Part shown: positions 39,454 to 49,192 of the stretch, one piece after another
How positions within the stretch are numbered: the first letter of the stretch is position 1
Layout: each line of letters begins with the position of its first letter
Assembly (NCBI GenBank): GCA_963667015.2
Contig: CAXXJJ010000001.1
Span: 416,001-480,000 of the forward strand
Source of the DNA: Desulfatiglandales bacterium
GTDB taxonomy: Bacteria; Desulfobacterota; DSM-4660; Desulfatiglandales; HGW-15
Reading direction: 5' to 3'
DNA: 64,000 bases
Notes under the pieces: model-generated
Seen by the model: the letters and a program-made list of their open reading frames with translations, nothing else
Database searches by the model: none
Told to the model about the DNA's origin: nothing
Made by a program: the position numbers and the translations under genes

Positions 39454-40461
39454 ATGATGAAATGTATTTATTGCCTCCAAGATAAACCGCCTAGTGCCTA
39501 TAAAAAGCGTGAGCATGTAATGCCGCAATGCTTTGGACGTTTTTCCCCTGATAATTTAATTCTTTACAGGTCTGTATGCGATGACTGCAATCAATATTTT
39601 GGCGATAAATTAGAACTTTTTCTTGGTAGGGATAGCTTCGAAAGCATAGAGAGAATAAAGCATGGTATTAATCCTAAAAAGCCACTAAAAAATAAAAGGA
39701 GAGTAAAAAGTAAAATTAAAGATGGCGAATGGAAAGGTACTATTGTAGAAGAAACCAAACCTGATGAGCCAGGACAAATTGGGATTAGAAATTCAATCCA
39801 AGCAGGCTTCTATAATAAATATAAAGATGAATATGTATACTATGAGCCCAAAGATATTCCGACTGCGGAACAATTAGAAAAAGAAGGTTTCGACCTGAAA
39901 AAAACTATTTGGATGTTCGCCGATGATGCAGAACTCCCTGAACTTATTGAAGTCCTTAAAAACAAAGGAATTAATATTTCGAAAGAAAACGATTTTATAC
40001 AACCTAGTAAACCACTTGGTTCAGTTCTCGTTGAAAGTGAAGTGACAATTGATAAGACAATTTATCGAGCGTTATCAAAAATTGCATTTAACTATTTGGC
40101 ATATGTAATTGGAAGTAGCTTTCTATTGCGAGTTGATTTTAATGATGTTCGTAAATTTATTAGGTTTGGTGAAGGTGACTCAAATAAATTTTTTGCTGTA
40201 AATGTTTCTCCGATACTATATGAGGACCAAAAAATAAAAAAATTAAAAGCAAAAACTACACAAGGTCACTTAGTAAATGTTGAATGGAGGAAAAATGCCA
40301 TAGTGTCCAAAATAAGTCCTTTTAATTCTCAGACTTATGCTGTTATGCTCTGCCCCAGCTATAAAGGTATATGGTTTCCAATAAAATCAGGGCACCATTT
40401 TGATATAAAATCAAAAACTGTGAGTAAACTTAATTCTATAAGTAAAAGACTACTTATTTGA
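39454..40461 (+). CDS. HNH endonuclease domain protein
   Basis: CIYC..EHVMPQCFG..VCDDCNQYFG..LE; starts 13 nt after the attC R' site. Confidence 0.8.
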   Translation: MMKCIYCLQDKPPSAYKKREHVMPQCFGRFSPDNLILYRSVCDDCNQYFGDKLELFLGRDSFESIERIKHGINPKKPLKNKRRVKSKIKDGEWKGTIVEETKPDEPGQIGIRNSIQAGFYNKYKDEYVYYEPKDIPTAEQLEKEGFDLKKTIWMFADDAELPELIEVLKNKGINISKENDFIQPSKPLGSVLVESEVTIDKTIYRALSKIAFNYLAYVIGSSFLLRVDFNDVRKFIRFGEGDSNKFFAVNVSPILYEDQKIKKLKAKTTQGHLVNVEWRKNAIVSKISPFNSQTYAVMLCPSYKGIWFPIKSGHHFDIKSKTVSKLNSISKRLLI

Positions 40462-40861
40462 GATATGAAAACAAAACATGAAAAAGGTGACGTTGTTAAG
40501 TTTTAAAGTTTATTGTGAAAAGCGGGGCCATCCATTAGAGGATAAGCCAGAATTTGGGTTTGAGCAGATGGTAGAGAGGAAAGGGGTCAGATCTCCTATT
40601 AGCTCTTGTTTGAAAAAGTAGATGTTGTGCCTTGAATCTTGAATAGAATAGAAGCCAATGTGGTTGATGGGACTTCCTCTCGACTTACAGACTCAAATGT
40701 CAAATAGGGGTCGTATTTCAAAATCTTATTTAGAAAAAATGGTAGAATCAAATCTTCAATTTTAATGGCGAAGTAATTGAAACCATAAAAAAGGCATAGG
40801 CTATAGCGGATTAGACTGTAGGCTAAAGGAAAAACGAAAATACTAACAGCCCTCAGCCTTT

Positions 40862-40913
40862 ACCCCTGTTAAATCCGCATGGCGGGCTGTAAATCAGCAT
40901 TTAACGGGGTGAA
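40862..40913. repeat. Palindromic repeat (REP-like), right flank of AT-rich island
   Basis: ACCCC-T-GTTAAATCCGCATGGCGGG..ATTTAACGGGGTGAA; direct-orientation relative of 33638-33692. Confidence 0.75.
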
Positions 40914-40952
40914 ATACTCCAGCCTATTCTAAAACCAACGAAAGGTGACAAT

Positions 40953-42393
40953 ATGGGTAAAGAACAGAACATAAAAATCTCCGACATTATCCTGGATAAC
41001 AGGATCTATCCGCGAAGCAGCATCGATCACAAAAGAGTCTCAATGTTTGAAGAAAACATGCGGGATGGATTTGAGTTTGACCCCATTCATCTGGAGGTCC
41101 ATCCTGATGAACCGGGAAAGTATCGCATCCTGGATGGTGCTCACCGGTTTAATGCCTGTAAAGGCATTGGTAAAAAAGAAATTACAGCAGAAATTATAGA
41201 ACTAAATGGAAAGGACCCGCTCCTTTATGCTGCGAGACAGGCAATAGGCCCAAGGCTCCTCAATGATGAAGATGCCAGGAATACTGCGAGAAGGGCATAT
41301 CAGAATAATCCGAAACTTAGTTCGGAAGAGATAAGTAAAGATGTCGGGCGATCGAGACAGTCAGTGGATAATTACATTGCTGATCTAAGGGCTTCTTTTC
41401 AACAGGATATTAATCAAAAAATATTTAATATGATCCATTTAGGTATTCCTCAACAAAGGATATCTGATCGTTTGAACATCCTTCAGAGCAAAATCTCGGG
41501 CTATTTATCGGATATGCTAATATTGGCAAATCCGATAAATAGCGATCTGGAAAGAGGTTTCACAGTCGCCCAGGTTGCCGAAAAGCACGGCTGGCCTGAA
41601 CCTCTGGTGTGGTCTCTTAAACTGGAGGGGAAAAATGACCTGGATAAATGTGATGAATTAAAATGGGAAATCAGACCCTGGAACTACTGGGAATGGTTTG
41701 AACCTGATAAAAGATTCGGTGACGAATGGCCGGAAAGATTGCCCGCACAGATCATAGCCAATATACTTTATTTCTTCTCAAAAGAGGGTGATCTGGTTTT
41801 TGATCCCATGGCAGGCGGCGGGGTAGTGGCGGATACCTGCCTTGCCCTTAACCGCCGCTGCTGGAGCTTTGATATGGTGGACCGGCCTGATGACAGGCCC
41901 GAGATCGAACCCTACTGCTGGGACATTAGCAATCCTGAATGGCCTGTAATTGGAAAGACAAAACCGGATCTCATATTCTTTGACCCTCCATATTACAAAG
42001 GTGAAGGAGAAGATGATATATCGAAACTGGAAAAAGAAGAGTATCTGAAGTTCCTTGAAACATTCCTGAAACTCGCCAGTGAGAACAGCAAAAAGAATAC
42101 GAAGCTTGCCATGATTTGTGCTGACTGGAGAGACTTCTGGGATACCCCTGCAGTGGATGAAAACCCTGATAAATCTATATTGATAAACGATTATGCAGAA
42201 AGAATTGAAAAATGCGGGCTGGCATATTTCCGATCTGATCCAGGCGCCCAGATCACCGGAGAAGTATCAGGGAGATGCTGCCGCTGAAATGGAAAAAAAG
42301 AAGATACTGGGGGTAACAGGCAGGCATGTAAGTGGTGGCTGGAAAAGCAGGCTGAAGCATGTTCGGCTGAAGGCTGTTTCTCATAGAGCCTAA
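40953..42393 (+). CDS. ParB-like N-terminal domain fused to N4/N6 DNA methyltransferase; frameshifted near 42200
   Basis: YRILDGAHRF (ParB box), HTH segments, VFDPMAGGG (SAM binding), FFDPPYY (catalytic). The C-terminus appears to continue in the +1 frame (LKNAGWHISDLIQAP..KKILGV). Confidence 0.8.
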
Positions 42394-42666
42394 AAGAGCT
42401 ACACAGCGATCTGTGTAATTCATCCGCTGGTTTATTAATCACTTGTTCATGAACACTTCTATCCCATAATTTCTCATCCTCTTTTTAGGAGAAATGTGTT
42501 ACCCTTATATCCTTAAAATATTTGTAATTCTTACTATCGGCTATCATAAACAATTATTGTTCTTTTATTAATTTGTATAATTTTAATTTGATCCACACAC
42601 AAAAAATAAACGATGGCATTTATAAAATGGGCTGATCCATCTTAAAACCAGGAAAGAATTTAAAAG

Positions 42667-45142
42667 ATGAATACTAATATTTTAGATTTTATCGATTTTG
42701 AGAAGGTGAATACACTTCTTGAAGGGTTCAACCAAACAACAGGTTTTGTAACAGCCATTTTAGACCTTGAAGGAAACGTCTTATCGAAATCAGGATGGAG
42801 ACAAATTTGTACCGAATTTCATCGTATTAATCCTGGAACCGCTAAAAGATGTACAGTTAGCGACACTGCCTTAGCCAATAAAATGAGAGAGGGTGAAAAA
42901 TATCATTTTTATAAATGCTTAAATGGATTGGTTGATGTAGCGGTACCGATTATAATAGCTGGGGACCATGTCGCCAACCTTTTTTCCGGACAATTTTTTT
43001 TTGAAAAACCGGACGTCTCTTTTTTCAAAAAACAGGCAGAGATATATGACTTCGAAGAAAATTCCTATCTTAAAGCGCTCGAAAAAGTACCAATAATTTC
43101 GCAGGAGAAAGTTAAAACTGCGATGGAATTTTTGCTGAACATGACCGATATGATCAGTGAAATGACATTTCAAAAGTTAGAGCAGATAGAACTGAATGAA
43201 GAGAGAAAAAAAAATGAGGAGGCATTGCGGCATAGCGAGGAAGATTTAAAAGAAACACAGCGAATTGCCCATGTGGGCAGTTGGCGTTTGGATGTTCTGA
43301 GCAATCAGGTCGTTTGGTCGGATGAGCTTTACAGAATGTATGGTTTTGATCCGTCACTTCCTCCACCGCCTTTCACTGAACATCAGAAACTATTTACCCC
43401 TGAGAGTTGGAACAAATTGAGCATGGCCCTAAATAAAACTACAGATACTGGAATCCCTTACGAGCTTGAGTTGGAAACATTGCGAGAGGATGGGACGCGA
43501 GGCTGGATGTGGGTTCACGGTGAGGTAGTTCGTGATGCAAGAGGTGTCACTGTCGGACTAAGAGGAGCTGCTCAGGATATCACAGAGCGCAAACAGGCAG
43601 ATGAAGCTCTGAAGGCCAGTGAAAAAAAGTACCAATCTTTGTTTAAGAATGCCCAGGTAGCGCTGTTCAGGAATAGACTTTCTGACGGCAAGGTCATTGA
43701 GATAAATGAACGATATGCAAAAATGGCAGGTTATTCAAATATTCAAGACTGTATGGCTGAGTTTAATGCAGCAGATGCATGGGTTGAGCCAAATAAGCGC
43801 AAGAAATTTTTGGAGATTTTACAGGAAAAAGGATTTGTAAGCGATTACGAGACTGAAATTATTCGCAGGGATGGAACCACTATCTGGATATCTTTTTCGG
43901 CGACGATTTTTCCTGAACATGGGTTTCTTGAAGGATCAATAGTGGACATCACCGAACGTAAGCGATCCGAGATTGAGCGAGAGAAATTGCAGGCCCAGTT
44001 GATGCAGGCCCAAAAAATAGAATCCGTCGGACGTTTGGCCGGAGGTGTGGCCCATGATTTTAACAATATGCTTAGTATCATCCTTGGTAATGCAGAAATA
44101 ATCATGGAGGATATTGACCCGTCAAATCCTTTTGTCACAAATCTGGAAGAGATCTATAAGGCTGCCGAGCGTTCTGCCGACTTGACCAGACAATTGTTAG
44201 CCTTTGCACGCAAACAGACGATAGATCCCAGGATACTAAACCTGAACCATGTCCTTGATAATATGCTTAAAATGCTAAAACGTCTTATCGGAGAGGACAT
44301 CGATTTGATTTGGCAGCCTTTCCAAAACCTTTGGTCTGTCAAAATCGATCCTTCTCAGATTGATCAGATATTGGCTAACCTCTGTGTTAATGCCCGGGAT
44401 GCAATCAAGAGTGTCGGTAAAGTCACCATTGAGACAAGCAATATTTCCTTTGATGAAGCCTATTGCAAAGAACATGCGGGTTTTAATCCCGGTGACTATG
44501 TTATGATGGCAGTCAGTGATAATGGTTCCGGTATGGATAAAAAAAACCCTTGATAATCTTTTCGAACCCTTTTTTACCACAAAAGATATCGGCCAGGGAA
44601 CCGGCCTTGGGCTGGCAACAGTATATGGCATTGTAAAACAAAACGATGGTTTTATAAACGTTTACAGCGAACCAGGTCAGGGGACTATTTTTAAAATTTA
44701 TCTTCCTGTTCATTCAGAAACATCAGTTTCCTACCAAAAAGAATTTACCAGGGCAACCCTGAAAGGTAATGAAACAATCCTATTGGTGGAGGATGAAAAG
44801 GCCATCCTGAGGATGACCAAGTTGATGCTTGAGCGACTGGGCTACACCGTATTGACAGCTTCTTCACCGAATGAAGCCATATCAATTGTGGAAGACTCCA
44901 ATAATAATGCAATTCATCTGCTTATGACCGACGTTGTCATGCCCGAAATGAACGGACGAGATCTGTCGAAAAAACTCCTCAGTATATATCCTGGCCTTAA
45001 ATGTCTGTTTATGTCGGGTTACACTGCCAACGTTATTGCCCATCATGGTGTTCTGGATACAGGGGTACAGTTTATAAATAAACCATTTTCGAAGCAAGAT
45101 TTGGCAGCTAAAGTGAGAGAAGTGCTTGATGAGGGGAAGTAA
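42667..45142 (+). pseudogene. PocR-PAS-PAS-HisKA-HATPase-REC hybrid kinase, split by +1 frameshift in an A8 run (44539-44546)
   Basis: PocR (WRQICTEFHR..C..S..YKCLNGLVDVAVPI..GQFF), AHDFNNML, DNGSGMD; continues in the next frame with FEPFFTTK..GTGLGL and REC. Confidence 0.88.
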
Positions 45143-45270
45143 AAGGCGACGTAGGTTCCAAAAAACCAGAGGTGTCAGACCTTCATAAAAAGAAACGGTG
45201 TCTGGTCTGTACTTTTTACACATGACATAGCAGGAAAAGAAAACCGTAAATTTCCTTAAAGAAAGATGTA

Positions 45271-46040
45271 TCAGATAATTTCTCCCTTCCATAATTTTTC
45301 TAAAAAGATTTTCCAGGGAAAAATGGTGATGTTGTCCTGTGTAACCCTTTCATAGCGGTCACAGCTGACAACAGCATAATTCCGGATGATTCCTTCTTCC
45401 TTCAAGGCCCTGATACCTTTGAGGTGTTTATCCTGTACTGATACAGCGCTTTTCATCTCTATAGCCCATTGATTATCCAGTATTACATCCACTTCAAATT
45501 GCGAAGTAGATCTCCAATAGTACATCCTGGTGTCCCTACGTAAATAAGATATAAATGCCCTTATCTCCAGCATGATAAAATGCTCGAAGGCCTTGCCAAA
45601 CAGTTCCGAACCTTCAAGAATCTCTCCCCTGTTTGCCAGGGAATTTGTCACACCAATATCGAAAAAATAAAGTTTAGGGCGGGAGATGGCTTTTCGCTTC
45701 CTGGTTTTAATGAAGCCTGTCAGTTGAAATGCAACGAGAGTATCTTCAAGGACCTGAATATAATTTTTAATTGTATTGGCAGAAACACCGCAGTCGCCGG
45801 CAAGTGACTGATAGCTTATTTCTTCACCGTTGCTCAGGGCCATCAGATCTAAAAACTCGGAAAACTGGACTACCTTTCTGCTTAAGGCTTCGTTCTGGAT
45901 TTCTTCTTTTAAATACAGTGCGGCGTACGCCTTTAACTCTTCAAGCGGATAAGTGTTGTCTTTCCTGTTCCTCTTGGCCCAAATAAAAAAAATGACTTTT
46001 TATCCAGTAACTCAGGCAGGTTAAGTACTCTTTTATACAT
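45271..46040 (-). pseudogene. AAA+ ATPase / DUF4143 protein with internal deletion
   Basis: ATG 46040 MYKRVLNLPELLDKKSFFLFGPRGTGKTTLIR (Walker A) joins out of frame to YPLEELKAYAALYLKEEIQ..KLYFFDIG..YYWRS..EVD..IEMK; Walker B region missing. Confidence 0.82.
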
Positions 46041-46338
46041 GTTTTCCTCACTGCTAATTCAGATTGTCATGATAATCCGCAATAGAGTTGCATTTTATAA
46101 CTAATTATTTATTTTTTCAACTCTGTTTTAAACTACTGTTATTTCAAATTATATAAAATATACAATTTTGAGATCCTCTTGCAAAAAGTGCGGGGGTTTC
46201 TCGAAAAATAAAAAGTGTCTTCGCCATAGGGCTTGATTTTACCTCCCGCTTCATGTATGCTTCCTCTCTTGTTTTGATAAAATCAACATAATCTATAAAT
46301 AGATACAGAATATTATGTGCAGGATGAAGGATTAAATT

Positions 46339-46596
46339 ATGAAATTCTGGCGTGAACCATTTGACACAGATGTAATTGAAATTGCAAAAGGAAAAGTCGT
46401 TATTATTGAAGACCGGTGCAAGGGCTGTGGGTATTGCATAGAGTTTTGCCCGCGTCTGATACTGGCCTTTTCAAAGGGATTCAATAAAAAAGGGTATCAC
46501 CCTCCCGAGGTCCAGAAACCGGATGAGTGTGTCAACTGCCACTATTGTGAGATAATCTGTCCCGAATTCGCAATCTATTCTGAAGAGATAAAATAA
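46339..46596 (+). CDS. korD: 2-oxoacid:ferredoxin oxidoreductase delta subunit (2x[4Fe-4S])
   Basis: CKGCGYCIEFCP and CVNCHYCEIICPEFAI; first gene of the operon. Confidence 0.88.
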   Translation: MKFWREPFDTDVIEIAKGKVVIIEDRCKGCGYCIEFCPRLILAFSKGFNKKGYHPPEVQKPDECVNCHYCEIICPEFAIYSEEIK

Positions 46597-46619
46597 ACCT
46601 AATTTTGGAATGAGAAAAT

Positions 46620-47765
46620 ATGAGACCAGCAGTATTAACAGGTGAACATTACATAACAGGCGATGAAGCGTGTGCTGAAGGAGCCATGGCCGCGGGATGC
46701 ATGTTTTTTGGAGGGTATCCCATTACCCCTGCAACAGAGGTTGCAGAGCATATGTCAGTGCGGCTCCCCGAAGTCGGTGGCACCTTTATACAGATGGAAG
46801 ATGAAATAGCCGCCATGGCATCCATACTCGGTGCCTCATGGGCCGGCCAGAAAAGCATGACATCCACTTCCGGGCCGGGTTTCAGCCTTATGATGGAAAA
46901 TATCGGCCTCGGCGTCTGTACCGAAACCCCCTGCGTTGTTGTTAACGTTCAGCGTGCAGGGCCATCAACCGGTCTTCCGACCATGGGTGCCCAGGGAGAT
47001 ATGATGCAGGCGCGCTGGGGCTCTCACGGGCATTATGAACTGATTGCCCTGGCACCGTCATCAGCACAGGAAATTTTCAGCCAGACCATTACGGCCTTTA
47101 ACCTTGCAGAAAAATACCGGACACCGGTAATGCTCATGACAGACGAGGTAATCGGCCATATGAGCGAAAAGGTGGTTATTCCGGATGCCTCTGAAATAAA
47201 GACAATTTCGAGAACCAAACCAAAGGGCCGGAAGGATCGTTTCAGGCTCTATCAGCCGGGTGAAAACGGTGTTGCACCGATGCCTGCGGCCGGTGACGGA
47301 TACAAGATTCATGTTACAGGTCTGACCCATGACGAAAGGGGCTACCCGACAATGACAGTGGAGGCCCAGGCGGAGATGATGGACCGGATTGTGAGGAAGA
47401 TCCGGGACAACAGGGACGATATTATAATGACAGAGTCCCATAATCTGGAAGATGCTGAAATTATTCTTGTTTCCTATGGCATATCAGCCAGAACCAGCCT
47501 TGCGGCCATGCATCAGGCCCGTTCAATGGGCATGAAGGTGGGTTTTTTAAAGCTTGCTACAATCTGGCCCTTTGCGGAAGAAAAAATAAGGGAGCTGGCC
47601 GAAAGGGCAAAGGCCCTTATTACTGTGGAGATAAATCTGGGTCAGATTCACCTCGAGGTGACGCGCAGTGCTGCGGGCAGGGCGGAGTGTCATCTGGTCG
47701 GTCACGCAGGGGGCACGGTAATTACCCCGGAGCAGGTCATGGCAAAAATCAAGGAGGTTTACTGA
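46620..47765 (+). CDS. korA: 2-oxoacid (2-oxoglutarate-type):ferredoxin oxidoreductase alpha subunit
   Basis: GYPITPATE, QMEDEIA, TSGPGFSLM, QRAGPSTGLPT. Confidence 0.93.
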   Translation: MRPAVLTGEHYITGDEACAEGAMAAGCMFFGGYPITPATEVAEHMSVRLPEVGGTFIQMEDEIAAMASILGASWAGQKSMTSTSGPGFSLMMENIGLGVCTETPCVVVNVQRAGPSTGLPTMGAQGDMMQARWGSHGHYELIALAPSSAQEIFSQTITAFNLAEKYRTPVMLMTDEVIGHMSEKVVIPDASEIKTISRTKPKGRKDRFRLYQPGENGVAPMPAAGDGYKIHVTGLTHDERGYPTMTVEAQAEMMDRIVRKIRDNRDDIIMTESHNLEDAEIILVSYGISARTSLAAMHQARSMGMKVGFLKLATIWPFAEEKIRELAERAKALITVEINLGQIHLEVTRSAAGRAECHLVGHAGGTVITPEQVMAKIKEVY

Positions 47766-48601
47766 TGGTTGCAAATACTCAATCACCTATAGAGCAAACT
47801 CATCCGCTGGACAGCCTTATCAGGACAGACAGGATACCGCACATATGGTGTACGGGCTGCGGAATCGGTACGGTCTTTTCCTCCTGTCTGAAGGCAATGG
47901 TTTCAAGCGGTATTGATCTCGAAAAAACATGCATGGTTTCAGGTATCGGGTGTACAGGACGCGGCGCGGGTTACCTGAACCTTGACTCGTTTCATACAAC
48001 CCATGGAAGGGCCATTCCCTTTGCTACAGGGCTCAAGCTTGGAAATCCGGACCTTAATGTGATTGTCTTCAGCGGTGACGGCGACCTTTTTGCCATAGGA
48101 GGGAATCACTTTATACACGGTGCACGCAGAAATATCGATATGACGGTTATATGCGTAAACAACCTTATATACGGCATGACGGGCGGGCAGGTCGCCGCGA
48201 CAACTCCTGTCAACGCAAAGACGACCACTACCCAGTCAGGAAACCCTGATGCGCCCTTTAATCTGCCCCTGATGGCATGGGCGTCCGGCGCAACATATGT
48301 GGCACGCTGGACAATGCTGCATATAAGGGAACTGACGGTATCCATAGAAAAGGCCATCACAAAGAGCGGGTTTTCCTTTATAGAGGTCCTGGCTCCCTGC
48401 CCGACCAACTATGGCAGGAGAAACAAGGAAAAATCCCTGGAAACACTCAAACTATACAGGGATAAGACAATAATCAAAAATAATGCGGACCCCACAGAGC
48501 TCGACGTGGATTTCCAGAAGGGTGTTGTCCTTGGTGAGTTTGTGGACAGGGAACGCCCTACATGTATAGAGAATTATGACAGGACCTGCAGGGCATTCTA
48601 A
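47765..48601 (+). CDS. korB: 2-oxoacid:ferredoxin oxidoreductase beta subunit (TPP-binding)
   Basis: WCTGCGIG, SGIGC, HTTHGRA, GDGD..NN..YGMTGGQ. Start ATG 47765 overlaps the korA stop and follows AAGGAGG. Confidence 0.93.
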   Translation: MVANTQSPIEQTHPLDSLIRTDRIPHIWCTGCGIGTVFSSCLKAMVSSGIDLEKTCMVSGIGCTGRGAGYLNLDSFHTTHGRAIPFATGLKLGNPDLNVIVFSGDGDLFAIGGNHFIHGARRNIDMTVICVNNLIYGMTGGQVAATTPVNAKTTTTQSGNPDAPFNLPLMAWASGATYVARWTMLHIRELTVSIEKAITKSGFSFIEVLAPCPTNYGRRNKEKSLETLKLYRDKTIIKNNADPTELDVDFQKGVVLGEFVDRERPTCIENYDRTCRAF

Positions 48602-48616
48602 TTCAGGAAGAAAATT

Positions 48617-49192
48617 ATGCAAAAAAAGATAATCATAACAGGTTTCGGCGGCCAGGGGGTAATCATGGCCGGCCGGATAGTGGGAAAATCAGCAGCGCTT
48701 GGGGACAAACTTGAAAGTTCGCTTGTCCAGTCTTACGGACCCGAATCAAGGGGCGGCGCCTGCAGTGTCCAGGTTACAATAGCTGATGAGCAGATATATT
48801 ATCCCTATATTAATGTCCCTGACATCCTGGTCTGTATGTCACAGGCAGGATTTGACAAGTATGCGGATATACTTACCGATGATACTGTCCTTATAATAGA
48901 TCAGGATCTTGTAAAACAGTCTATTGACCGTGATTATTATGCCATCCCTGCCACAAGATTCGCGGAGGAGATGGGCCTGAAGATGATGGCCAACATAATA
49001 ATGATCGGCTTTTTGACCGGTATAACAGAGGCGGTTTCCCTGGATTCGGCAAGGGACACAGTCGCCAAATCAGTCCCTCCCAAAACAATTGAAATAAATA
49101 CCAAAGCATTTAACCGTGGCTGGGAGTTTGCCCAGGCCACTCTGAAGAGTCGCCGGAAAAAGGCTGCCGGCAATATAGGAGTTGTTAAATGA
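48617..49192 (+). CDS. korC: 2-oxoacid:ferredoxin oxidoreductase gamma subunit
   Basis: GFGGQGVIMAG, QSYGPESRGG, ANIIMIG. Confidence 0.92.
   Translation: MQKKIIITGFGGQGVIMAGRIVGKSAALGDKLESSLVQSYGPESRGGACSVQVTIADEQIYYPYINVPDILVCMSQAGFDKYADILTDDTVLIIDQDLVKQSIDRDYYAIPATRFAEEMGLKMMANIIMIGFLTGITEAVSLDSARDTVAKSVPPKTIEINTKAFNRGWEFAQATLKSRRKKAAGNIGVVK

Noticed and set aside
40465..40532. Faint YodC/DUF2158-like remnant (GDVVK..KSG)
   Set aside because: Too short and interrupted to support.
46274..46286. FNR-like box upstream of korD (TTGAT-AAA-ATCAA)
   Set aside because: Spacer is 3 nt rather than the canonical 4.
47687..47764. N-terminal extension of korB in the ORF track
   Set aside because: Overlaps korA; ATG 47765 has a strong RBS and coupling.
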